A DNA stretch of 64,000 bases, from NCBI GenBank assembly GCA_964016885.1, contig OZ024740.1, positions 119,226,001 through 119,290,000 of the forward strand, in the 5' to 3' direction. Positions within the stretch are counted from its first letter, which is position 1. Each line of letters begins with the position of its first letter. Below are positions 12,351 to 23,170 of the stretch, piece after piece. The notes below the pieces were generated by a model. That model was not told the DNA's origin. It saw only the letters and a program-made list of their open reading frames with translations, and did not search any database. The translations under genes were made by a program, and so were the position numbers. This DNA is from Eledone cirrhosa. Taxonomy: Eukaryota.

Positions 12351-12451
12351 CATATTACATATGTTTCTCTATCAATCAGCTCGAGGCAAGATCTATTATA
12401 GATCGAACCTGACTATGTAATGGAAAGATCATAAGATATTCTTAGTATATG
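12351..12451 (-). ncRNA. Degenerate type I hammerhead ribozyme
   Basis: Minus strand: catat-a CTAAGA (one base missing)...GAAA CATATG TA atatg. Its 3' half is homologous to the arms of the 14196-14447 fold-back. Confidence 0.45.
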
Positions 12452-12476
12452 AGTTTGTCTCTGAACATACATATAA

Positions 12477-12562
<86 letters not shown>

Positions 12563-12906
12563 GGATACTATTTATGGTTATGTATATAATAAAATCTTTA
12601 TCTGCCGCACTATAATCCTATATAAATAAGACACGCGTGCATGCCACACGTGAGACTGTTTCATACACTGACTACTCTAAACTCTCCTCTTGCTTTATCT
12701 TCATAAACTGCCAATGTTTTATTTTTATTTTTATTTTAATTTTAACTTTTATTTTTTCCTTTAATATGAATGTAAGCTTTGTATGTAAATTGCCATGCTA
12801 TATCATTATGATGGATGTCAACCCACTGTGGGTCAATATATACATATGTTTTTGTATGTCTCTTGTGTTGATTAAGAGGTCAAGTATGTGAAAAATCACT
12901 AAATAG

Positions 12907-12955
12907 TTGCTCCGAAGAATCCAAACCTCGGTTTGGAGGAAACAATTGTAAGCAA
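12907..12955 (+). ncRNA. Type I hammerhead ribozyme motif, slightly degenerate
   Basis: ttgct CCGAAGA a-tccaaacc-tc-ggtttgga-g GAAA CAATTG TA agcaa. 5-bp stem I, 8-bp stem II, palindromic helix III. U4C change and an A/G closing mismatch. Confidence 0.65.
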
Positions 12956-13638
12956 ATAAATGATTTAAACTGAACTTTGATTCATGTAATTTCTATATAT
13001 ATATATACATATACTAATCTACTTTAGTAATGTACCTAAATCAAATTTTAAATAAATAATGGTCTGTAAAATACAAATTTTAACCTTTGTATATTATATT
13101 TGAATCCACTTTAAGACACATGTTATGTTTACATAATTGTATTTATTGAATTATACGTATTTCAACGACATGGTAGCTAGTTATTATGTAATGGTTACAG
13201 CATTAGCTGGAACCAATGTGATATTATCATATGGTAACACAATTATGTGAAGTGGTTATGTTGGCATGCTGTTATGTTGCAGGTAAAGTAGTAGCATCCA
13301 GATGTAAAGCAAGCAAATATATGACAGAAAATCTAGTTTCTTATTAGTGAGTGGCTGAAGTATCTATTTTCTGATTGTGTAAACTGCAGACTCAAAGAGA
13401 TGTTCATTAAATCTAGTGTTGCCTGCAAACATGTGTGGTTTGTCTCAAATGCTGCATGTTTTTTGTTGTTGAGTGTAGAAGATAGATTTATCACACATTA
13501 ACCATGGTCCTTTGGTTTAGTATTGTTTTCCAATGCTAATTCCGTCTGGGCATCAGATACAGATTACCTCTGTTTATTGCTGGTATGTATATCACCGCGA
13601 TGCAGTTACCATAGCAACAACAACAGTATCCCCCATTA

Positions 13639-13711
<73 letters not shown>

Positions 13712-13784
13712 CAGTAATAATAATAAATGTATATATATAATATATATGTATATATATATATATATACAGTAATAATAATAAATG

Positions 13785-13838
<54 letters not shown>

Positions 13839-13894
13839 ATAATAATAAATGTGAAGACTAAAATCCAAAGATTTATATATATATATAAAGTCTA

Positions 13895-14165
13895 AAGCCT
13901 GTCTTAAGCCAGATGGCTTATTTGGCCAGTGATTATCCTGGTTTCATGGCGTGAAGCAACTGAGAGTACAAGACTTCCCCTGGACAGGGAACCAGTCTAT
14001 CACAGAGTTAAACCCCAGCCATTACTGGTACTAATTTTTCTACTGAGTATACTGGAGCAACGTGAAATGGGATGTTTTGCTCAAGAATATAACACACAAT
14101 CCAAGAATCGAATCCACAGCATTATGATCGTAAGTAAAACCCTCTTACCGCTAGGCCACGTGCCT
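13895..14165 (-). mobile_element. tRNA-derived SINE
   Basis: Minus strand: ggcacgtggcctagcggtaagagg...ggattcgattc head, then gtgttatattcttgagcaaaacatc...ttgctccagt central domain. Confidence 0.7.
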
Positions 14166-14195
14166 ATATATATATATATATATAAATATGTCACA

Positions 14196-14447
14196 GAAAA
14201 AAGAGAATCAGTTTTGCGACGAAAGGAATTTATTGGACATATTAAAAATGTTTCTCGGGCGACCAGCTCGAGGCACGATCTATATGTTGAACACACCTGG
14301 CTCTGAAATCAACACGGTCGTCAGCTATGTCTCGATTCTACGAAGCAGATTTTCTCATATCGATCGTGCCAGGAGCTGGTCGCCTGAGAAACATTTGTAA
14401 TATGTCCAATAAATTCTATTCGTCGCAACACTGATTCTCTTTTTTTC
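14196..14447. repeat. Fold-back element, ~91-bp arms, each with a hammerhead 3' half
   Basis: 14196-14286 is about 90% identical to the reverse complement of 14356-14447. The right arm contains GAAA CATTTG TA atatg. Confidence 0.9.
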
Positions 14448-14524
14448 ATACTCTGCTCTACGAGGGAATCGAGTGCTCATACAGCCTACAACATACGGAC
14501 GCTTTAAGCATCCAACACCAATTA

Positions 14525-14562
<38 letters not shown>

Positions 14563-14566
<4 letters not shown>

Positions 14567-15933
14567 GAAAGGAAGAGCAGGAGAAATCGTAGAGATGCTA
14601 GAGCGAAAGGAAATGATGTATGCTGTGTCCAAGAGAGTAGATGGAGAGGAGAATCTGCTATAGTCCTTGTAGGCAAAAGGCAGTGCTACACATTTTTCTG
14701 GGTGGGAAATGACGATGGGATGGGTGGTGTAGGTATCCCACTAGCTGACAAATGGATAGATAAGGTAATCTAGGTGAACAGGGTGAATGCAAGAATTATT
14801 AAACTCAGACTAGTCCTGAATAAAACAATTACCACAATAATATCAGCTTACGCAAGCCAATCGGGGTTGCCAGACAAACTTAAAGATAGGTTTTACGAGT
14901 CCCTAATGCACACTACTGCCCTAACAAACGACAATGACTCCTAATCATTGCAGGAGATTTTAACCGACACGTAAGAAAACACCGTGACTGCTTCTATAGA
15001 GTCCATGGAGACCATGGGCTTGGCACAAGAAATGAAGAAGACTTCAGGCTTCTAGAATTCTGCGACGCCAATGACATGTCGATATGGGACTTCAAAAAAC
15101 CTGACAACCATCTGATCACCTATAGATCAGGGGAGCATTCTAGTCAGATAGGTTTTATCCTCATAAGAGGACGTGACAGATGGACAGTCGTAAACCCAAA
15201 AGCCTTCCCTGGTGAGGAATGTACCTCCCAACATAACTTAGTTGCCAGCGACCTCACGGTCAGAACAAGACGTACCTGGAAACAGAAGCCAACCTGGAGA
15301 AGAAAGATCTGGAAGCTGAAAGACCCCCCAGCCAGTAACAGATTTAAAGATATTTTACTCGACGCCTATGACAGTAAAGAAGAACAGATAGAGACATTCA
15401 ATGTAGAAGATCAGTGGGAGTTCCTAAAAAATAACTTACTAAAGGCGACGGATGAGATCTGTGACTGGAGTAAGACCACAGGCAGGAGGAGAGTGACCTG
15501 GTGGTGGAACAATAAGGAAGATGAGGCAGTTAGTGCCAAGAGACAGGCATGGAAAGAATGGAAGAACAGGGGAAGCAGGGTACATTACATAGAGACCAGG
15601 AGGTAAGCTAGGAGGGAAGCAGAGGATGAATATTCAAGCATGCTTTGCAACGTGAGTACCAGAAACAGGAGTTGTTCAAGATTGCGAGGCAGTGTGTCAG
15701 AGAGAATAGAAATGTCATTGGAGAGAAGTGTATCCGGAATGAAAAAGGTGAGCTTGCCCTCACAAGTTCTGAGAAGAAAGATACGTGGAAGACCCATTAT
15801 GATAGATTACTAAATGAGGAGAATGCATGGGAGGAAGAGACCCTACCTCATGTAGACGCTATAGAGTGGTCATCAGTACAACTCATCAGCAGCGTAGTAA
15901 GTAAGGCAATCAAAGATATGAAGACGGGGAAGG
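14563..15933 (+). mobile_element. RTE LINE, 5' part (APE endonuclease and linker), interrupted by a Gypsy element
   Basis: CCVQESRW, GGVGI, IISAYA, AGDF, ITYRSG..SSQIGFIL, QHNLV, WWWN. Ends at MKTGK| at the insertion site. Confidence 0.92.
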
Positions 15934-16378
15934 TGTAGTGCTCTCTAGAAAAAGGGAATTAGCTAGAGTTACTTCCCGTAGAATTTCTAGAACTTTCCTT
16001 GAACTTCCGTTCCAGGTATAAAAGAAAGAGAAAAGGGCAATCTCTTTTTTGGCAACAGGCTCTCGAACTGACCACACGAGCATAAATCTGTTAAGCCTTT
16101 CCCAATCCTATCTTGCATTTCACGATTACACTTCTATCATGTCACAAGGTAGGTTTTATTACCAAATTGTAAAACACGCACTACAATAAATACAAATTGT
16201 TATTGATACTCGTTTTGAGATATTCGTCATGCTTCAATTATTACTTCGAATGTTGAGAGAAAATTCTAACCAAGGAAAATTACATAAAAGTTCTTCTATA
16301 TCTTCTTTCAAATTAAATTAGTGGTTGGCATGCAGTGGTATTTACTGGAGTAAATAACCCTATGACCAACCCACTAAA
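15934..16378 (+). repeat. 5' LTR
   Basis: tgtagtgctctct...gaccaacccactaaa. TATAAAAG at ~16017 and AATAAA at ~16185. Confidence 0.93.
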
Positions 16379-16379
16379 G

Positions 16380-16393
16380 TGGTGACCCGACGT
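16380..16393 (+). promoter_or_regulatory. Primer-binding site, tRNA-Trp type
   Basis: TGGTGACCCGACGT, one C short of TGGTGACCCCGACGT (complement of the tRNA-Trp 3' end), 1 nt after the LTR. Confidence 0.8.
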
Positions 16394-16497
16394 TTCAACA
16401 TAAATATTTCTCCTGAAAATAATCTCTCTCGCTTCTGCTTATCCGACCAAGTTTTGTCTATGAGCATTCCTCGCTCAGCATCCACCGTGTCACAATT

Positions 16498-17262
16498 ATG
16501 AACAACACATCGTTACCGGCGCATTCTGGCGATGCTAAATTGTGGTTTGCCCAGCTAGATGCGTATTTTGCTGCCAATGGAGAACAGGCAGCACAGCAAA
16601 AACTACTCGTGCTGATTAGTGGAATTCCCGCTTCGCTGGCAACTACAGTAAAGGACATCATAACAGACCCTCCACAACGCGCCTCCTACGTGTCTCTAAA
16701 GACTGAGGTACTGCGTAGGAACAGTAAGTCGTCTGAGAGTAGATTTCGTTCATTATTGGAAGATGAAAATCTGGGGGACAGAACCCCTTCAGAGTTTTTG
16801 CGGCGTATCCGAGAACTCAGCGATGCTGCGCCCGAAGATAGTTCCTTCGTAAAGAAGTTATTCTTCTCCCGATTGTCAACCAATGTGCAAACCATATTGT
16901 CGAATATGGTTGACACCAGTTCAATAGAACAAATTGCTGACTCTGCGGACAGGATTATGGAATTTTCTAGGGGATCTACTTCGGCTGATTCGGTTATTGC
17001 TTTTTCTATTCTTAAAAAACAGACTGCCTCACCTAGTGAGGAAGCCATGTTGAGAGCTATTGACGGGTTAACACGTCAAGTAGCTAAACTGTGTCGTGAT
17101 CGAGCGCCACCTAGGCGGCGTTCACGAAGTCGGTCTTTTTCTTCTCACCGACGTACCAATTCCCAGCCAACAATTCTTCTTTGTGTTGGTACCATGCGCA
17201 TTTCAGGGATAAGTCACATCATTGTATCAAGCCCTGCTCTTTTGAGGGCATCGGAAAACTAA
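16498..17262 (+). pseudogene. gag: Gypsy gag
   Basis: LWFAQLDAYF...LGDRTPSEFLRRIREL...ADRI. The CWYHAHF...HCIKPC (CHCC) knuckle at ~17183-17237 lies in a shifted frame. Confidence 0.88.
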
Positions 17263-17309
17263 GTTTTTAGAGTCTGGGCAAGGCAGACCTCTCCCTTAAC
17301 ATTTCACCT

Positions 17310-19290
17310 TATCGTGCTTTCTTCATCAGAGACCGCGTCTCAAACAAGTCATTCAATCGCACCTCCCACCTCATTGGGCAGTTACGTCATTTCTTAGGAT
17401 TAATCAACTTTTATCGTCATTTCATCCCTAACTGTGCGGACAAGTTGTTTCTCTTGACACAGTTTTTAAAGGATGCGAAAAAAAAGATGCTCCCATTTCA
17501 CTTTCTGCCGATGCTTTGCAATCTTTTGAATCAGTCAAGTCCGAAATAGTTAACATTTCCTTTCTGGCTCATCCTTTTGCGAATGCGAGGCTATCCTTAA
17601 CTGCCGATGCGTCCGACTATGCTGTCGGAGCAGTCTTGCAAAATACAATCAACCACCAGTTTCAACCACTGGCATTTTTCTCACGCCAACTAAAACTAGC
17701 AGAGCAACGTTAGAGTACTTTTGACAGAGAGCTTTTAGCAGTTTATCTTGCTGTGAGATACTTCCACCATCTTCTTGAAGGTCGGGAGTTCACGAAATTC
17801 ACAGCCCATAAACCACTCACATTCGCTATACAATCTAAGTCCGACAGTTACTCTCCAAGAGCATACAGGCATTTGGATTTCATCTCCCAGTATACCAGTG
17901 ACATTCGTCATATAGCTGGAGCAGCCAACGTACCCACGGACGCACTGTCTCGACTCTCTGTGCGCTCCCTTGCGTCTCCTGTACATATTAATTTGGTTGC
18001 CATTGCAACTGACCAACCTTCTTTGGATTCTCTGGATACTTCTACCCAGTTTTCCTGCTGTAAGTTTGAATATTTCCCTCTTCCCTCTGCTGAAGGGAAA
18101 ATTCTTTGCGATATTTCTACCGCCTCACCTAGACCACTTCTTCCAGATTGTCATCAGCGTACCATTTTTGATGCACTTCATTCCTTGTCGCATCCCGTCA
18201 TAGCTGCCACGGTGAAACTCATCACGGCCCAATTCTTCTGACCTAACATGCGTCATTTAATCACCCGTTGGGCACGTTCTTGTTTGCAGTGTCAGCGCTC
18301 TAAGGTTCAACGGCATGTTCGCGCTCCTCTTGGTAAATTCAGCCCGCCGGACGCCCGTTTCCATCACATTCACATGGATATTGTTGGTCCTTGGCCCGTT
18401 AGTCGTGGGTTCACATATATATTGACCTGTATCGATCGTTTCTCTCGGTGGCCTGATGCCATACCCATAGTGGAAATACTGCCGAGTCCGTTGCCCGAGC
18501 TTTCATTTCCAATTAGGTTGCTCGCTTTGGTGTTCCTTCTAAAATAACCACGGATCGGGGACGCCAGTTCGAGGCTTCCTTATTTCGTGAAATATCACGA
18601 CTTTTGGGTGCTCATCACATTCATACGACCAACTATCACCCAGCCTCCAACGCAATGGTGGAGAGGTTTCACAGACAGTTGAAAGCTGCACTCCGCGCTA
18701 CACCTGATCCGCAACGTTGGACCGAATTTTTGCCAATCGTGCTTCTTGGTTGTCGTTCTGCCGTTAAGACAAATTTAGGTTTCTCCTCAGCTGAACTTCT
18801 TTACGGTACCACCTTGACTCTTCCCGGTCAAATGCTAGCACCGGTTGATTCATCACATCTTGTTCCAACATCATATGTCACCAGGATTCGTTCTTACTTT
18901 TCGGATCTTCCACCAATGAACCCCCGTGACCAGTCTATTTCTTCTGCTGTTCCATTGGACATCTCTACGTGGACACACATTTTTATACGGAATGATTCCG
19001 TCAAGGGACCGCTTACGTCACCCTATAATGGACCTTTTTGTGTTCTTTCGCACACACCAAAACATTTCACAGTGGCTGTCAATGGTCGAAAAGAGACAAT
19101 ATCCATTGACAGAGCAAAGAGAGCTTTCTCTGAAAGTCTCATTTCAGTGCCTGATACACCTCGTACATTCACTCCCACACCAACACCTTCACCTCAACTG
19201 CAAACACCACATACCACACAAACTTATGTCACACGAAGTGGCAGAACAGTAAAATGGCCACATAAATTGTCAAAAACTATATACATTTAA
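17310..19290 (+). pseudogene. pol: Gypsy pol remnant: RT end, RNase H, integrase (stops and frameshifts; PR/RT core deleted)
   Basis: QLRHFLGLINFYRHFIP; TADASDYAVGAVLQ..PLAFFS; HSLSHP...CLQC (HHCC); HMDIVGP, TDRGRQF, MVERFHRQLK (DDE). Confidence 0.92.
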
Positions 19291-19633
19291 ACCCTAGTGG
19301 CATTAACAAACTATTTTCAGTTTCAGATAGAATTAGTGTCAGAAAAGTCTGTACACTGGTGATGTATGAACTATTTGATTCTGAAAAAACTTTCAACTTA
19401 CCATTGAGCATTAATTTTTCTCTGCTCCTTTATGTTAACTTTGATTTATCAGTTTTGTTACATTTACATTTTTTCTTTGTAAAATGCATTTACTTGTTTT
19501 GTTCTTTTTTGCTATTTGCTTCAGTTGCGAGCTCACGTTTTATTCATGCACTTTCTTGTACCTTTGTTTTGTTCCTAATTTCTTAAGGGTTCTCGCTACA
19601 ATGACCTTCGGTTGGTTATTCGACTTCTCCTCT

Positions 19634-19643
19634 GAGAGGGGAG
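19634..19643 (+). promoter_or_regulatory. Polypurine tract
   Basis: gagaggggag, 3 nt before the 3' LTR. Confidence 0.75.
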
Positions 19644-19646
19644 TCT

Positions 19647-20095
19647 TGAAGCGCTCTCTGGACAGAGGGAAATAGCTAGAGTTACTTCCCGTAGAATTTC
19701 TAGGACATTCCTTGATCTTCTGTTCCAGGTATTATAAAAGAAAGAGAAAAGGGCAATCTCATTTTTGGCAACAGGCTCTCAAACTGACCACATCGAGCAC
19801 AAATATGTTAGGCTTTTTCTGATCCTATCTTGCATTTCAGAATTACACTTCTATCATGTCACAAGGTACGTTTTGTTAACAAATTGTAATACACGCACTA
19901 CAATAAATACGAATTGTTATTGATACTCGTTTTGAGATATACGTCATGCTTCAATTATTACTTCAAATGTAGTGAGATAATTCTAACCAAGAAAAATTAC
20001 ATAAAGGTTCTTCTATATCTTCTTTCAAATTAAATTAGTGGTTGGCATGCAGTGGTATTTACTGGAGTAAATAAACCTATGACCAACCCACTAAA
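19647..20095 (+). repeat. 3' LTR
   Basis: tgaagcgctctct...gaccaacccactaaa, roughly 90% identical to the 5' LTR. Confidence 0.93.
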
Positions 20096-21731
20096 AAGGC
20101 AACCGGTCCATCGGGTATAACTGCCCAGATGCTGAAAGCATCTGGCTCGGTTGGTCACACCATAACCACATGTATTGTTAACCAGGTAATACTAGAAGTT
20201 GTCATACCAAAGGAGAGGTGGAGTAGCATCATCATCAACTGCTACAAAGGTAATGGTGATGCACTAGATAGAGGTATAAAGCTGATGGACCAGGTCATGA
20301 AAGTAACAGATAGAGTTATAGCACAGTTGATTAGGGACCGGGTGAAACTAGATGAGATGCAAGTTGGGTTTGTACCAGGAAGAAGCACCACTGATGCCCT
20401 CTTCTTTGTGAGGCAGTTACAGGAAAAGTACCTAGCTAAAAGTAAGCCGCTCTACCTGGCATTCATTGATCTCGAGAAAGCCTTTGACAGAGTTCCCCAT
20501 GCTATAATCTGGTGTGTTCTTAGTAAACTAGGAGTAGATGAATGGCTTGTGAAAGCTGTACAAGCCATGTATAGGGGAGCAGTCAGCAAAGTTAGGATTG
20601 GCAATGACTATAGCGAGGAATTTAGCATACAGGGGAAATGGCCTTGCTCAGTATGTAGGAAAGGTGTAGGTAGGAACTCCATTCTCTGCCCCAAATGCAA
20701 ACAATGGGTACACAAGTGATGTAGCGGGATCTCAGGAAGCTTAACTAAGGTTGTAGGCGTCACATGTAGCAGCTGTGCTGGGACAGCAAGCAGCAAACAG
20801 CCACAGGAAACAAGTACCACCAAACTCTGGGAAGGCTCTGTAGCAACAGTAGACAGCTTCTGCTACCTAGGTGACCGAATTAGCAGTGGAGGTGGGTGTT
20901 CAGAAAGTACAATAACTAGGGTAAAAACGGGATGGAAGAAGTTCAGGGAGCTACTGCCACTGCTAGCTGCAAAAGGCTTTTCCCTCAAAATGAAAGGCAG
21001 ACAGTATGATGTGTGTATACGAACAGCACTCTTACATGGTAGTGAGACCTTGGCACTGTCTGTGGAAGACTTGCATAGATTACAAAGAAACGAAGCCTGC
21101 ATGCTCCGATGGATGAGTAATAGTAATATATGTGAATGGCAAAGCATAGACGAATTGAGAGAGAGACTGAGCATAAGAGGAATCAAATGCTGTGTGCAGG
21201 AGAGGCAGTTGCGTTGGTATGGACATGTGATGCGTATGAAGGATGACAGCTGCATAAAAAGGTGCAGAGCACTAGAAGTCGATGGAAGCCGCGGAGTGGG
21301 GAAACCTAATAAGACCTGGGATGAGGTAATAAAGCCGACCTTACCCAATTACACGACCGTGACCTCTGGCGTCACACAGTAATGCAGAAGACTCGATCCC
21401 CCACGGGTACAAGCCGAAGCTGAAGCATATAGAAAATATGCCCCCACACCCACTCACTGCAAAGTGATCGTGGAGGTGCCATGGCAAAAAAGCACCTAGC
21501 CCACACTGTAAAGTGGACGTGAAGGCGCCACGGAAAAAAGCACCCAGCACTCACTGTAAATGAGGTTGGTGTTAGGAAGGGCATCCAGCTGTAGAAATCA
21601 AGCTAGAATCAGTTCCCGTATGAGCAAGGCATGGTCAGCCGACCGGACACTGCCCACAACAGGACAACCCGTCTAACCCATGCTAGCGTGGAAGAACAGA
21701 CGTAAAATTGTGATGATGATGATAATGATGA
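20096..21731 (+). mobile_element. RTE LINE, 3' part (RT with PHD finger, 3' UTR, (ATG)n tail)
   Basis: Resumes ATGPSGITAQMLK; QVGFVPGRSTTDA, FIDLEKAFDRVP; GKWPCSVC...WVHK*C...CSSC; FCYLG; WYGHVMR. The QG/YADD segment is deleted at ~20632. Confidence 0.93.
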
Positions 21732-21816
21732 TATATATATGAACATCTCCAGCCAATCTGTCACTTGCAATATTAACATAAAAGCTTTAAGCTTATTGTC
21801 TTTGTACTGAGTGAAT

Positions 21817-21865
21817 AAATGTCACTGATGATATATGAAAATGCAGAAACACGTATCTGACATTT
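21817..21865 (+). ncRNA. Type I hammerhead ribozyme motif
   Basis: aaatgtca CTGATGA tatat-gaaa-atgca GAAA CACGTA TC tgacattt. Intact core, 8-bp stem I, imperfect stem II, near-palindromic helix III. Confidence 0.75.
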
Positions 21866-22229
21866 TCATACAAGCCTGTGACAATCTCACAGCTTAAAAT
21901 ATTCAAAACGAGACTCCTGTTTATTGATTATACATAAACATATCATATATGCCTTTATATACACCCCTATCAAAAAACCACAATAAAAAAATCATATCTT
22001 AATGCAACTCTCAATCTATATATGTATATATATAGTTATGTAATAAACAACATAAGGCAATTATTCCATTTACCAGTGGTTTCTTAAAAGCAAAAAATGT
22101 TGCTTTCAATCATCAGAATGAAAAAATCCTGGTCTATTTATTGAATTGGATTCTTAAAAAACAAAAATGCAGTCTATATGAAAGTGAGGCTGGAGAAGGA
22201 AGAAAGTAAGGAAAAATAAAATAAAAACA

Positions 22230-22747
22230 CACATGTAAACACACGCACACACACACACGATTATATACATCCACAGATATATATAAATATATATATATAT
22301 ATACATACACACATACACACATATACACATATATATATGTATACACACATATACATACACATACATACACACATACATACATACACACAATCATACGTAT
22401 ATACACACGTACATACAAACACATACATACACACATATGTATATGCATACATATGCATGCACAATATTAGAAAAATATACACACACCTCTACATATTCAC
22501 ACACGCAAAAAAATATGAGAAAAAATATATATAAAAAATAATAAAGACAAAAGTTGACAGTGATACAGGCAACAAGTAAATGAAAAAACATACGTGGTAA
22601 GCAATACACACAAATGCACGTACACATACATACGTGAAAATAAATACATACACACACTCTCACACATAAATATACATATACAAATACATAAACACATACA
22701 TACGCATACACAAATACATACACACACAGATACACACACATATACAT

Positions 22748-22808
<61 letters not shown>

Positions 22809-23170
22809 CATATATACGTACATACATATATACACATACACACATATACATACATAGCCATACAATTATACACATACAAATACGTACATATCACAAATAC
22901 GCACAACCAAATACTAACACACACATATATATAAATATATGTGTGTAAAACTCATTCTTAGATAATTCATATGAACCTTATTTAACTCTAAAATATACAC
23001 ACATATATATATATATTATATATATATATACATACACATACATACACATACATACTTACTAACATACACATATATACATACACATACGTATGCATACGTA
23101 CACACACACACACATACATATACATATATAACTCAATATATATATATATTTATATATATATATATATGTA
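22230..23170. repeat. Large compound (TA)/(CA) microsatellite field (similar fields at 470-572, 5270-5530, 13640-13885, 48570-48920)
   Basis: Directly visible. Source of the spurious [12 protein letters not shown] ORFs. Confidence 0.95.

Larger units (their letters stand above)
15934..20095 (+). mobile_element. Ty3/Gypsy LTR retrotransposon, CsRn1-like, internally deleted
   Basis: Two ~445-bp LTRs, TSD AAGG (15930-15933 and 20096-20099), tRNA-Trp PBS, gag with CHCC motif, RNase H then integrase, PPT. Confidence 0.95.
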
